Assembly: GCA_013265495.1 (NCBI GenBank)
Contig: MU061579.1
Span: 1,547,319 to 1,611,318, forward strand
Direction: 5' to 3'
DNA: 64,000 nt
From: Vicugna vicugna
Taxonomy: Eukaryota
The position numbers and the translations under genes were made by a program. How positions within the stretch are numbered: position 1 is the stretch's first letter; each line of letters begins with the position of its first letter. This document shows positions 28,000 to 42,139 of the stretch, one piece after another. The notes beneath the pieces were generated by a model. That model had not been told where the DNA came from. It was given only the letters and a program-made list of their open reading frames with translations, and made no database searches.

Positions 28000-29157
28000 G
28001 TAAGAGGAAACTAAAGACAGTCCAGATTTGCTGGTATTTAGATAATGCGTCATTATTTTTAATGTGTGCAAAAATTTTATATTCACAAGCCTTAGACTAG
28101 GTCTAAGTATATATGTGTGTGTATATATATAAATATATATTTATTTATTTACTTGACCTAACTTACTCATCTAAGCAGGTTCTTTTTGTGTTATTTAACA
28201 TCAAAATTTGGGGCTTCATAGAGGATCTAATATAGATACATAATTTAAATGTAAATATGTGAGGACTTGACCAGTCCGAGGTTGCCAGATTAATTAATGG
28301 CACATATGCTAGACAAAAAGTATTTGGACTAGCTGTCCAGTGTCCTTCTCAGCATTGTCTGCCGTATTTCTGATTTTAACGTTGCATTAAATGTGAGCTA
28401 CAGAAAGTGAAGAGATGCAGATTGGGTTCTGATTTCTTAGTGACACCGTTCTGCTTCTTTCTTTCACATGGATTCCACCCTGAATTCTTCTAGCTTTTCT
28501 CCTCCCAAGTTACATTTTGAGGAATTTTGTCAATCATGTTTAAGAGCTTTATAAATTTATTCACTGATGTTTATTAGCATTATTTTTAACCTCTGAAACA
28601 TTTCTGCTCAATAAAGCAAATATATTCATGTCTATATTGAGCAAATTCACTGACAACTTTATAATTGTCTTTTGTTTTTAAAAACATGGTTTCTAGAAGC
28701 ATAAGTCAATTTTTTAACACAGATGATAGAAGGCCAGTGTCTGAAAACAATGACAAGAAGTAAATATTTGTTCCTTTCAACAGAAAAAAATATGTGGAGA
28801 AAAAATTACAAAGCCATTAAAAATCTTAGCGTGTGAGCTGGTCTAGAGGCAATTTCTGTGAATAGAGTCTCGTCTATTTTGACGCTGGGCAATTAGCTGA
28901 GAGTAAGAAATGTGAATTTTATTTTTTTAAATTAATATTCCTTGTGTGTGACTCAAAACACAGAAAGGGGAACCATTTGATTCCATGTGTCATTTATATA
29001 ACAGATGGCACTAGCCCAATTAAGCTGAATTTTTGCTACAGTGAAAATGGTAAGCCAACATGGGAACACAGCAGAAAGTGAATGGCGTGGTGCTATTGCA
29101 TGTCTTACTTCAGACAATTAAGCGGAATGCCTTGATCTTAGGTTCATATTTCTCACT

Positions 29158-29582
29158 GTTGGTTCACAGCCTTGAGAATTTCCTGGGTGAAATCTGAGAC
29201 TGGCCACCGTACATGGAGGGCAAGGAGAGACAGAAGAAAGAGGCAGCCCACTCCAGACTGGTAGGTGGCAGGGTTAATAAGCAAGGCGACATATGTACAA
29301 GTCTTGTCTTGGCGTCACAAGATGAGTAGGGCTCCATATCTGCCCATCAGGATCTGAAATCTTACATAAAGATCTCAAGTGAGTTCTATCACATGTTTAG
29401 CTTAGATAGTCTAAATAACACACTGCTCTCTCGAGGCAATGTTCCTGAAACATATCCTAGTAGGAGAATGGTGGGCACAGTCTACATTCCAAGAATAAGG
29501 AAGGGAGTGAGAGACTCTGATGGCCCAGGTCCAGCTCATAGGTCAACCAGCAGTCACATCATCTCAATGACCTTCTCCAACA
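29158..29582 (-). mobile_element. ERV solo LTR (family not assigned)
   Basis: Inverted termini tgttgg...ccaaca, about 425 bp, GC-richer than flanks; orientation tentative; no clear TSD. Confidence 0.7.
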
Positions 29583-29941
29583 CCAGTAGCTACAACTTGT
29601 CCCACCATATGTGTCACCAAGGAGGATATTTTTTACAGTATGTAAAACTGAGAGAAATTTGAACGTGATTGCTGCTGTCACTACAACAAATGATTGATTT
29701 CTTTCCATGAATCACCTGCACAGTTAAGATTCAGTGTTCAATTCAGCACCCATATTATCAGATATACTTAACTTGGAGAGAAAACCACTAGGCACTGGAA
29801 TCTGGTAATGAGGAATCATATTCTGAAACTGGCCTGAAGGCCTGAGAAGTACAGTGCTTACTGAAGCTCTTTCAGCACAGAATGAAATTCTTTGTGCTTC
29901 CAGTACACTGTTGTGACTCCTTTTAAAAATACAAAAAAGAA

Positions 29942-30093
29942 GGGGGAGGGTATAGCTCAAGTGGTAGGGCACCTGCTTGGCATGCATGAGGTCCTGGGTT
30001 CAATCCCCAGTACATCCTCCAGGGCTAAATAAATAAACCTAATTAGCTCTTAGCTCCACCCACAAAAAATTTAAAAATTAAAAATTAAAAAAT
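29942..30093 (+). mobile_element. tRNA-derived SINE resembling camelid vic-1
   Basis: Head ggggagggtatagctcaagtgg (A box) and gggttcaatcccc (B box); A-rich tail; TSD aaaaatacaaaaaagaa (29925-29941) / aaaaatacgaaaaagaa (30094-30110). Confidence 0.92.
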
Positions 30094-30549
30094 AAAAATA
30101 CGAAAAAGAAAAATTCTTTCCAAAATCTCACTTACAAATTAGGCAATGATCTAGGCCTGGAAGTGGCTCTCAAAAGTAACCATAGACAGGATTATTCATT
30201 ATTTTTTTCAGCTGTGATCAGTAAATTTACTAGAGACTTCATGTTGTTGTCTGAATGCTGTGTATGTATGTATGTGTGTGTTTCTTTCCACTCAGAATTG
30301 TACCAGAGTGCCAAGTAACATTTGAAAAGAAGCTTTCCCATGTTTTTGACTAAAGACTAAATTTCAGAATATGCAAGCATAATAATTGAGAATATTTTTG
30401 AGAATTTCCTATTTGTTATCCACTATCTTAAGCTATATTGTAAATAGAGATCTTTCTTAAAGCAATGAGAGGTGCTGGAATATTGACTGTAAATTTAAAT
30501 TTTAAAAATAATGGTTTAAAATTAAAATTATAAAACTTAAGTTGACTAC

Positions 30550-30910
30550 TAGAATATTACTCAGCCATAAAAAGGAATAAAACAATGCCATTTGCAGCAA
30601 CATGGTTGGACCTAGAGATTATCATATTAAGTGAAGTATGTCAGAGAAAGACAAGTATCAGTATATCACTAATATGTAGAATTTTTTTAATGGTACAAAT
30701 GAATTTATTTATAAAATATAAACCAACTCGTAGTCATAGAAAACAAATTTATAATTACCAAAGGGGAAATAGGGAGGAGGGATAAATTAGGAGTTTACAA
30801 CTAACAGAAAAAAACTACTATATACAAAATAAGTAAACAACAAGGTCCTACTATATAGCACAGGGAACTGTATTCAATATCTTGTAATAAATTACAATGG
30901 AAAAGAAAAA
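30550..30910 (+). mobile_element. L1 3' end (cetartiodactyl-type)
   Basis: MPFAATWLDLEIIILSEV is the L1 ORF2 end; 3' UTR motif tatagcacagggaactgtattcaatatcttgtaataa. Confidence 0.92.
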
Positions 30911-32523
30911 CACTTAAACTGACTAACAAATATATAATATTGTAAGCAATCCTCATGTATGTGTGTGTGTTTAATAGGAATAGTAATGAAATTAATGTAT
31001 TTTTAAAGAAATATAGGTATTGAAATTGAAATTTACCAATAAATTGATAAAATTCTTTCCAAAGATACAAAAAACAGATACTTTTAAAAGATATACTATC
31101 CTGATAATAAAACTTTTTTGTCTGTTTGCAATTATTTGTAAAAACTTTAAATAAAATGAAAAGTAGGTCATGAAAATTTTTAGAGAAATGTGAGACGTTA
31201 AATGAGTCATTAGAGGTGAAGGGGATCTTAGAGTTGGCCTCCTGCTGAGAAGGGACCATGAGATAATTGTCTTATACTTTATGAAATTTTCATAAAGCAG
31301 GTATTGCACATGTATAACTTTTTCCCTTTATTGTTTTATTGCCCCTTAATTTTAACCCCCCAAAATACTTGATGTTATCTGTATTTCTTTAGCTGGAGCA
31401 GTCAAGTACCTTCCAACTATGTGAAAAAACTTACAGATTATTACATTTTTCCAGAAAGAACTCCAATCACAAAAGCCTCACTGGACCTTAATTCATCAAA
31501 TAACAAAAGCCTATTCTCAGCATTTCTTGGACTAGAAAAATAAATTCTCCTGCCTCCAACAATTCTAGAAATTGCCATGACTGATTTGACCCCTCTAAAA
31601 GCTACAGTTACAGCGTTCTCTACACTGTCAACATCGGATTATTAGAAAAGAAATAAGACTTTTAAAAGGAGTCAAAACTTCAACAAGAAAAAGTACAATA
31701 TGTGGTTTTGCTTGAACTTTTAAAGTAGAATCATGCATATTCTACATAATAATACCAATTAACTTGAAAATATTAATCATAAATGTGTATGGGTAAATAA
31801 AAATAAATGAACAAGGGAAACTAACAAACAATCAGTCACAAAAAAGAAGAAGAAAGAGATAAAGAATTATTAAGCGCCCATATCTAAAGAACCATCCCCA
31901 CTAAAGTCCATAGAACCATTAAGTTTAGAATTCTCTGATCTAGCCTTTGACCAGACTTGACTTTGCACTTAGCACTTATCCTGGAAAAATGACTGTGGCA
32001 GCTTAGCAGCAACATGGAAGCTAAGGCCATTTTGAAAAGGGCTCTGTTTCACTGTGCTTGCATCAAAATTCTTAAGAGACAGTAAATCACCTTTTGCAAG
32101 ATGACCTATGTGTTTAGGATTGAAAGGTAGAAGATAAAAAGATAAGTGCCACACTGTTTTATATTCGATCCCTTCTCTGTGTTTCTCGTATTTCCCTTCT
32201 CTGTGTAACTACTCTGTTCTTGATTCTATACGTCTAAGAATTATTTGTCTACAGATCTGCAGATTTCTCTGACAGGTATCGTCACACAGAAATCCTGAAT
32301 GACTCATTCTTGTTTTAAATGTCTGGTAGAGAGCAAGTGAAAGGAATCAGTCATGGGCTGGTCAGGAATGGCTGGCAGGGGAGAGAGGAGGACACTCATG
32401 GCAGCGAAGGGCACTTCTCTCCAGTGGACAAAAGTAGACACTTAATGTATCTTGCAATACATAGGGAGAAAAAGATATATCAAGAGTAAACAGTCATACT
32501 TTATAAGAAGTTTCTAGAGTTTC

Positions 32524-33032
32524 TGTTACTAAACTAAACTTAGGTCTGCTTGCCCGTGTGGGGTGAAGCCAATCTGCTGGCATCAGGCGGTGGTGAAGGA
32601 AAGTGCAGTGTTTACTGCGGGATGCCAAGCAAGGAGTCTGGCAGCTAGTGCTTAAAAGACTCAAACTCCCGAATTCCCAGATGGCTTTCGGGGAAAGGGT
32701 TTTACCTGCTGGTGGGCAATCTAGAGTTAACTTCTTCCCCCTGGTGGGGGTTTCAGTATCTACAAAACAGCTCAAAGAATAGCTCAGAATATTATCTATA
32801 GCCCTTGAGGAGGAACCAAATGTCCTTAATTTTATTTAATGGCTAAACTAGTATTATTTTATATTGCTCTACTGTTTTCCTTTGCTTCTGTATTTTCTCA
32901 CCTTTCTGATTAAATGCATGATTTTGAACTCAGGGAAGGCCTAAGAAACGAATTGTTTTCTAGAAACAAGAGGCAGGTGGAGGACCTGGGTGGGCTGTCC
33001 CAGGAAGGCCCCATAGGCCCTGCTTGGTTACA
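32524..33032 (-). mobile_element. ERV1-class solo LTR
   Basis: TG...CA termini with perfect 4-bp TSD tttc (32520-32523 / 33033-33036); homologous to the LTR at about 61.8 kb. Confidence 0.9.
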
Positions 33033-34316
33033 TTTCCAGCAAGCCAGTACATATAGGAAGATTTATCAGTTGAGCACTGATTCTTTTGGCCAAATGTGAT
33101 CCAATCTTTTGGGGAATTTACTGCTTGTTAAAATTCCTGGTAATGTCCTATTTATTGCATGGCAAATTTTAAGTTAAAGTAACTACCATTTTTGTTATTA
33201 AAGAATTATGCTTCCTAAGTTGTTTATCTCTGTTTCTTCAGTCATAACTCCATCAAGTTTTATATTGTTTCTCACTGCTTAACACCTCCATAAATCTCTT
33301 GAGAAATTTTTATTTTATACTTCTTTGCAATTATGTTTAAATGATTTCCTACAAATTGTAGTTCATCTTTTGATTTGGCAATAATTACTTGATTATCTTC
33401 AAATAACCTCAATTGAATTATGTTCTTACTTACGAATTAAATAGCACTTTCTAGACTCAATTACCATTTGAAAATAATTCATTGACTTATATGAAAATAC
33501 AATAAATGAGTCTCATTTTCTACACATCATCTTTATTCACTTGGATTTTTCTACCTATAAATAAAACTTAAATTTCTCTGGATGTCTAGAAATTATAAGT
33601 GATGAGTAAAGCTGTTGCAATATTATCTTGCTTTACAGTTTTTCATTATATCTACCAATTTAATTTCTCGTATTTTCTAACAGGCAAGTGTATTCACAAT
33701 GAACTTTCGACAGTTTCTCTCCTTTTGTATCTAAAATGGAGCCCAGTCCTTTAGTTTTAGAGATTGTTGCAGAGGGGAAAAAAAAAAGAAGCAGCCAAAG
33801 TCAGCAGTGCTTCAATATTTAGGAAAAATTCAGCCACTTGAGAAGATATTTAGAGTTCTGGAAGGGGTATGGAGAGGAAGAAGGATATTTAAGACAGAAG
33901 GAGAATTAGAGCGGGAAGGTGGGTGATAATTTCAGGGACTGGAAAATCAAGGGAATGTTCATAAAAGAAGAAGACTAGATTCTGCTTCCAAATGTATTAA
34001 GAGCCACACGAGATTTACTGAAGATAAATAGAGAATTTTCAATCCAAGATGGCAAGATTGTCCACTGGCTGAATGCACTGCCATCTCCTCCTTTACTTGA
34101 TCATGGAAATTGTAGACAAGAATGGGGTAAAAAGTATTTCTGACCCAAATTTTACACCAAGAATATCTGATGGCAGAGAAGGTGGGTCTTATCTTTAAAA
34201 CATCAAACATAAGAAGCAAACTTAGGCTAAATGTGCTGCAGGATGTGAACCACGAGAGAACTCCCTGGCCCACAGCATGGGCTGATACTCACAAGAAATA
34301 GACTGGAGCCCAGGCG

Positions 34317-34817
34317 TGTTCATCTTCCATGGCTGTTGTAACAAATTACTACAAATTTAGTGGCTTACAAAAACACAAATGATTATGATACAGTTCTGAA
34401 GGTCAGAAGTCTGAAATAGGTCTTTTTGGGGTAACACCAAGGTCTTGTCAAGGATATGCTCCTTCCATAGGTTCCAGAGGGGAATCTGTGTCTTTGCCTT
34501 TTCCAGCTTCTAGAGGCCTCCTGCATTCCTTCACTCATGATCCTTTCCTCCACTTTAAAAGCCAACATCACAGCATCTTCAAATTTCTCTCTGAACATGA
34601 CCTCTGCTTCAATTGTCATATTACTGTGTCTGCTTCTGACCCTCCTCCCTCCCCTATAAGTGATCTTGTGATTATAGTGAGACCATCCTGATAGTCCAGG
34701 ATACTTTTTATCTCGAGATTTTTGATTTCATGACATCTGCAAAGGCTGTTTTATATTTAAGGTACTACATGGACAGGTTTGGAGATTAGGGTGTAGACAT
34801 CATTCTGCCTATCTACA
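34317..34817 (-). mobile_element. MaLR LTR (MLT1C-like)
   Basis: gctgttgtaacaaattactacaaatttagtggctta...acagttctgaaggtcagaagtctgaaat...cattctgccta. Confidence 0.9.
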
Positions 34818-35479
34818 ACATACCAGTTCTTACTTTTCCAACCTGGATGCTATAGTGCCTCTCATAAGAAATAGTTGTCCCTTTCAGGGAGCTAATCACA
34901 CCTGACCTAGAAATTAAAAAAGCTAAAAGATCTGAGGGAAGGTGGGGGAACTGCAGACCCAGCTACTGACTCATAGAAACATGAGGACCCAGAAGATAAA
35001 TAAAAACACAGGTGAGCTACAAAAGCTTCTGGTGATCCTTCCCCAACTTTTAGAGCATAAGATAGTAATGTAGCTGCTTTTCATAGCTCATGCAAAAATG
35101 AATATTGTGCCTGAATCCAGCAAGGGAATACATACAAGTCAAGTCGATATGTTACAAAACCATTACAGCTGCTACCAAGTATGCTGGGAGACACTAAGTT
35201 GAGCATTACTAAAGAAGTTATCTTTGATGTCCTGCTCCATGAAGGATGGACTACCTTTATGATGTAATATCAATCCTAGTCTTCAGTCAACTATCATCAG
35301 TAAACCTTTTGTTTTTTTTCTATAGCTGAACCAACTGGCTGTAATTTGTCCCACATGTATAAAATATCCAAGGCCTCCTTGTATCCCAACATTTAATTCA
35401 TAACATCTTACTAACAATTTGAGTTTCTTTGATCATCCATTAGTAGAGATTGACTGCACTAGGATAGTCAAGATTTCTT

Positions 35480-35630
35480 TACGTAGTGACTCGGGCCCCA
35501 GGACAGTAAAAGCAAAAGCTGCAAAACCCCTTAAAGCCCAAGCATGGAATGTACAAAGTATCTCTTTCACTGCATTCTGTTCATCCAAACAAGTCACAAA
35601 GCCAGGTGGAGCGAAGCAGAAGAATACATG
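35480..35630 (-). mobile_element. MLT1 LTR fragment
   Basis: aaagctgcaaaacccctt...tttcactgcattctgttcatccaaacaagtcacaaagccag. Confidence 0.6.
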
Positions 35631-37841
35631 AGGGGACGAACTCACAGGATGTGATTATTGGGGGATTAGGGAGTGGGGAGGGAAGTTTGTAAGAATTTGA
35701 TACAAAAGTTGTAGTCATCAAACCTTCACATGCACACCTTCTCAATCTTTTATACAACGTTATGAAGACTCAATTTAGCATTCAGATCAGAACTTTGTAT
35801 TTCTAATATTCAAGTTCTGACTCTAGGGCTAGATCTACTTACTGCCTGGGTCTGGGTGTGCTGTGAAAGCCGGTCCCCAGAGGGTAGCTGTAGAGTGGAG
35901 CAGAGAACCAGGGGAAAGCCAAAAAGATATCGTGTGTGTGTGTGTGTGTGGTGAGATAGAGAAAGAGACAAAGAATCTGCCTTGGTTCCAGATGGCTTCC
36001 CAGTCTTCGGTCTCTTGTGAAGTCCAAGGATATTCATTTACTTGATTTTCTGAGCTCAACCTGAGGTGTAACAATAGATCCTCCAAACCTAAATATCTGA
36101 AATGAGTTGATGTTTTTTGAAGTCAGACAACTAACATGTGGATGACTGATGAGTTTTTTACAATGAACATTTATAAAATCTTTATCTCATTTTTTTATTA
36201 ATTCATAAAACTTTCATTCCATGCATGTGTATTCCATATGTTCTATTAATCTCTGAAATGCTGTCTCAGAACTTTTTCTTTGGAATTGAATTTAAGTTTT
36301 GTTAGGTGCTTTTTTTAAGCTTGTTTTAAATGCTATATGATTGTCTATAATCTTCCCTTGCTTTACTCTCATGCCTTGTGTCTCAACACTTCCTGTCAAG
36401 AACTGTGTGCTTCTGCCTTCCGGTATCACTGAACTTTCTCCCAAAGCACCATTTCTCTATTGTCCTCAAACCTGGACTATATTCTTGACTCTACCTAGAA
36501 TAAGTTTCTCCCACTCAACCTTCCCAAGACTAACTCCAGCTCCCACCCTAGCCATGCCAAGCTCCACCTCCCACTCTTTTCGAGTGCAGTTCTTTTTTAA
36601 TTGTTATGCCTAGCTCTTCTTCTAAGAAGACTTGGAAATAACTAGTACTTACTTTCACATTTTACTGCGAGTGCTTTTTTGTATCTGTGTCTCCCACCAG
36701 AGTATAAACTCTTGAAAACATGATCAGGTTTTTATTCCAGGTATCTAACAAACAGCAACTAATGCAATATACTTTAATAAATTAGTTTACTTTAATCTAA
36801 TGTGTCCTTTCTTATTTCATAATTTCATTTTGATTTATAAAGTTGGTCCAGGATTCATCAATGCTCAGTTAATAATATGTTCAATTTTGCTTTCAGGCTT
36901 GCTGAGGACAACCATAATCTTCCATTCTTTATTCATGTTTAAATTCAAGAGACAAATACTATCACTTTATATAAGAAAATCAGAGGATGAAACACATTGT
37001 CATGTGATCTTGATCACAGATGATTAATAATCAAGCCCAACTTTCATTTCCCATCTCCCAGTTTTGTGGGCTTTTTTTTCAGTCAAGTTATTAACACTTA
37101 TTTGCTTATAATGTTTTTTTAAATCTGGTTAATTAAATGTTTCCATGTATACAGCAACTTCTATAATTTAATTAATTCTTAATTTTTTAATATTATTTCA
37201 CTATTACTTTTATATTTTCTACATTAGCAAACCCAATATTTTTAGTTGATCATTACCACTAAACAGCATTAGTAAAATCAATAATATGTGCATTTTTCAC
37301 CTCCATGTGAAAATAAACTGGTTTATTATATTTATGATTCTTACGAATCCTGCAGTTGTAGTATCATAATTGATTCTTCCTTTCTCCATACCTCAATTTC
37401 CATTAGGAGAAATTGGAATAAACAATTTATATATTTCCAGATTACATTATTTCCTACTTTTTCCTCCATACTAGCATTCCATAATATTAATGTGTTTTGA
37501 TATCTGTATCAGTTGTATGGTTCATCAGGACTGTTAAAATTTGAAGAACATTTTGAATCATAGTAATGCACTATATCATCAGTGAATTTGAAAACTGGTA
37601 AATAAAGTTCTTTATTGATAAACCCTTAGTGTACAAAACTATGTACTAAAACAAACTTATAAGCAAGGGAAAATAGATGGCAATTATATTTGCTTCTATA
37701 GTTTCTTTGGATTGAAAAATAAGGGAGATGTATAGACAGCCTTACAGAAATAAACCAATTCATGAGGAGGAGCAGAGCTTTCTTATCTACCTCATTGTCT
37801 AGCCTGTAATTTAAATTGACTGTCTCATGAGACATAAAGTA

Positions 37842-37866
37842 TGTGTGTGTGTGTGTGTGTGTGTGT
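37842..37866. repeat. (TG)n microsatellite (others at about 35932, 46923 and 55373)
   Basis: Direct reading. Confidence 0.95.
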
Positions 37867-40844
37867 ATAATTGTATATTAATATTGTATTATATTTTTTA
37901 CTGCTGGAATAAAACAAATCAGAGTGTCAATTGTGTATATTATTAAACTCTCATGGTGTGTTAGTTATCTATTGCAGCATACCAAATTACTCCAAATGGT
38001 GGCGTAAAGCAACAAAGATCATTCTAACGTGTGTTTTCACAACTAAATGTCTTATCTAGACAGTGTCTTTAAAACGGTACATATTTTTTAAGTTTTTGGC
38101 CTCTGTTTTCCTCCTAGCCCTCAATACTTAATCTCAATTTGATGATAGCTACCTTGGGACCATCTCAAATGGTTTGCCTGAGATAGCAATGTCCTTAGTC
38201 CAATTTTGGCTAGTCAGTACACATCCTTTATAAAGTGGATCACCAGTAGCATGCTGCTAAATCTGCAGCTTCACGACACTTTTTAATTGCTTCAGTTTCT
38301 GATGCAGAATTAGTTGATGAATTAAAGACTTCATATGATGATGCATTCAGTCAACTCCAATTGCTTACCACAGACAGAAAGCTTCTTAGTCAAACTTTAT
38401 ACCTTTCCATCTTTGTTGGTGGAGAAGCTACTTCAAAATGATAATATAGAACTTGGCTAAAAGTGGTAAGAAGGAACCAGTACACACAGATTTTTAAAAA
38501 ACTTTTGCTACCACGTCCCTTTCAACACCATTGGCATGAGTTCTGCCCCTATTTTCTTCTTAAACTTCATGTCTCTTGACATACGTAGCCACAAGGCTAG
38601 GAAATCCATTCTTAATGTCATCGAGTAAAGTTCTTAGCTAAGAACCAGTGGTTCAATTATTAAGAAAGAAAATATAGAGGGAAAAAGTGCAATGGCTGTT
38701 AAGACAGACAAGATTTTCAATTTAACATAAAATGCAAATTAAAATCTTTGAATAATTAAAATTCATGAATATTGTGCAGTGCCCCCCAAAATTGTATCTA
38801 GATATGAAAGTAAATAGAAGAAAAATTATATAGATAGACATGGTAATGATAGATAGCTATAAATAGATAAAGAGGTACACATAAAAATCAATGAAATAAA
38901 CAAAAATAGACAACAAAATTTAAAATAGGGCATATATGATCTCTCTCAGAGAATGCATAGACACTCTCTCCTGAAATCAACACAAAAACCTTTTTTTTTC
39001 CAGAAGTTTTATAAAATATTCTCTATACGTTCCAATATTCCTTCAGTGCTTTTAGATATCTTCACTGATATGACTGTCATTCAAAAAGAAGCTCATTTTG
39101 GATTATGATGGTGGCTTGTGGATGGATGCCATGGAAGCAGAAACAGGAACACAAAAACTAATTAGAGAAATTAAATCTTGTGTGCTGTCTGAATCTCAAA
39201 AGAGAATTTTTCACTGCATATAATTTAAAGAGACAACAAAGTAATTTATGCATTTCTGTTTTCTGAAATACAATAGATATGTTCAATCATCCTTAAGCTT
39301 TAATCTTTTTAGCCAACTTGTATCAGAAAACATAGGACCTATCAAGCCAATGTATAAATTGGGAGAGCTTCCCAACATGTTTCACAATAGAAAGTGCACG
39401 TTGTAGTTGTAAATAATGATTGTTTCTCTACCACAGAATTTAAAGACTATCCAGGAGAGCTAGATGCAAAATTCATGGGCAAACAGTCTATGCAAATACA
39501 AACACAAAGCAAAAAGGACTAAAGTTTATTATATACTACATTTTAGACCAAAATAACTTATTGGTTTAGGATATTTTTTGTTGTCTCCTTGAGGAAGCAG
39601 TCTAAACAGTCTCTACATTGTGGTTGCAAAGGTATTGCAATAAAATTCCAATTTAATTTAAATAGATAAATTATATAGTACATAGTTGTATCTGTACTTA
39701 TTTATGACCAAGATAAGTATAGTTACCAAAGAGTACTCTAAAGTTGAAGCTTCCTATTAAATATTGCTATATTTTATTTCAAATTTAAATTTATTAAGAA
39801 AACATAGATATTTCTCAACAGCCCAATTTTGCTACAATTCTCTTTATCTCATAGAATTTTAAGGAACTATAATGACCGGTTGGACAAAGCTATGAATTAG
39901 TGATATATATGTGACTAAAAAGTTGTGCAAACACACAAGACAAAATAAGAGAAGTAAAACTGGTGATTTTCTCTCACCTGATAAAGTTTCTATGACCAAG
40001 TTCAGAGTCCTCCATCTTTACCCCTAGACTCATCTAATACCAGCAAAAAAAGAGTATCTGACTTATATAATCCTTGATTATGATTTGGCTTCATGGAAAT
40101 AGATCAATTCTGATCTCTATCTTTAGTGATAGAAGGTAATTTCATAAATATTAAATAAAATAAGCACTGCCTATATTACCTTTCTCAGCTCCTCTCTTAA
40201 CTCTACCACCATTCTCTATCCAAGATAGAAAGAATGAAATCTTTACACATCTTTTGACAATACTTGATAATTAATTATCTGCAAGAGCAAAACTTTAGTT
40301 GTAGAAATTTTATGTATGCTTATAGACATTTCAAACTCAAGCTGGTTAAGACTAAATTCACTATCTTTCCTCACAACCAAAAAAAAAAGCTCAGATTTGC
40401 TTGTGTATTTTTAAATTCTCCGTCACTATCTCAATTCAACAATTTTTTGATAATGGACCAGGCTCTTATCCTAAAAAAGAATGCAAGAATTGGTGATATT
40501 TTCAGAACAGAATCTATAGAAAATGCAGATGCAAAACACAACCATATGTTTGTATGGATATTTATTTGACATTCTACTGATATAATGCACCAAGGGCAAA
40601 GCCTGTGTAGGTGTGTTTCTGTGTGTCTATGTGTTGTATATGTGACTGTTTCCTGAATTTTATTTCTCTAGACCCTTATAAGTTGGTGAATATTTAATAT
40701 ATCACACAATTCCAGATCTCAGACTTATCTGTCTTTATTTCTTCCGTCCTCAAGCAAACCTCTGTCCCAAAATCTAAACAGTTGCCAATTTCTATAGATT
40801 TTACCTTCATCATACATATTAACTTAAGTTAGCAATTGTGTATC

Positions 40845-40980
40845 AATAGTAATTCATTAACTGGAACAAATTAACCATAATAATATAATGTTAACAGTGG
40901 AAACTGGGAGTGAAGTATATGGAACCCTAAATTTCACTATGAATCTGAAACTATTCTGAAAAATAAATACATTTCAAAAT
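40845..40980 (+). mobile_element. Old L1 (L1MC-like) extreme 3' end
   Basis: atgttaacagtggaaactggg...gtatatggaac...tgaatctgaaactattctgaaaaataaa. Confidence 0.65.
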
Positions 40981-42139
40981 ATAGCATGGCAAGATTTCCT
41001 TTTTTAACTTGCAACTTTCCTTTTAGAATTTCATAATGACAAAGAAATTTATAAAACCATGTAGTCTATCTCAAGTTAACATATTCTATTTTAAAAGAAG
41101 GTAGCTGAAAAGGGATTACATAACCCAAATAAATGAATGACTAATGACAGAACTGCAATACATTTATCTCTTATGACTTCCTGATTAATCTTGTGAAAAT
41201 AACTCTGTGATTTTATAATTTCCTTGCCAAAATAAACCTATGGTTTCCAAATTCTTTTAAAACAGCATCTGCACTTCTATGTTTGGCTTTAAGTTTTTCT
41301 CTTTCTCAATCCATATCCAAAACCTGTTTCCCACATCTTCATGAAACAGTCTCTCTCTTCCATTCAAGTTACCTCCTCATTTTCCCACATGGTGGAAAAA
41401 TAAGAAAGAAAATGAAGGCGTAAAATTTGTGTGCCTTGCAAACTTTCAGCAGGACCGTTCCTCCTAGAATATTCTTCCCTCACCTTCATCTGATGACATT
41501 CTGCTCATGTTTTACAGTCCAGCTCAAAATTTACAACTGATAATCAGTATTTTCTGAATGTGTTAGCTAAATGAAATTTTAATCTATAAATACAAAGTTT
41601 CTAGAAACCTGCCATTGTCTTCTACTGCAAAGAATTACTAATTTTAAGTTGCATCTTACCTATATTGGAGAGGATTTATGTTATTCAATAAATACTTACT
41701 CAACGTGGCACGAATGTAAACTAAAAATGGAAAAGGATTACATCTATGAAAATCAGGTTGTGAAGAATAGAGAAGGAATTTGAGATGTTATCAAACATGC
41801 CAGTCCAGGAAATGTTGGGTGTGTGATGCTGGTGGAATATTGTTGAGCAGAACTGTAGAATTAGACAAGTGCTAGAAATTTAAATATAACAGCAGAGAGA
41901 GTAATGGTTATTTTAGTGCTGTGTAGGTAGGACAGAAGATAGATCAGAAAATTCAGATAGGGTATATATTTACCATGTTCATAGGAATGTACTCATCAAT
42001 TCCACACACGTGATCAAAACGGATCTTAAAAATACTTTTGAAGAAATAATTTTGGGGATAAAAAACAGGAGGAATTGAGATTAAGGTATTCTAACAAAGA
42101 ATCATAAACAAAAAGAAAGAAAACTTAGTATTAATCTAG

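Noticed and set aside
28091..28107. Short palindrome cttagac-tag-gtctaag (similar ones near 3602 and 6283)
   Set aside because: Arms of 7-8 bp are expected by chance in 64 kb
29942..30015. tRNA-Ala-like gene
   Set aside because: Stems are degenerate, and it has a SINE body, A-tail and TSD, so it is a SINE rather than a tRNA gene
30801..31309. Longest ORFs in the track (152 aa and 105 aa)
   Set aside because: Low-complexity F/L/I/Y-rich translations of AT-rich DNA; the longer one overlaps an L1 3' UTR; no domain recognised
33670..33740. Acceptor-like ttttctaacag followed by an ATG
   Set aside because: The ORF is only about 11 codons and there is no convincing downstream donor
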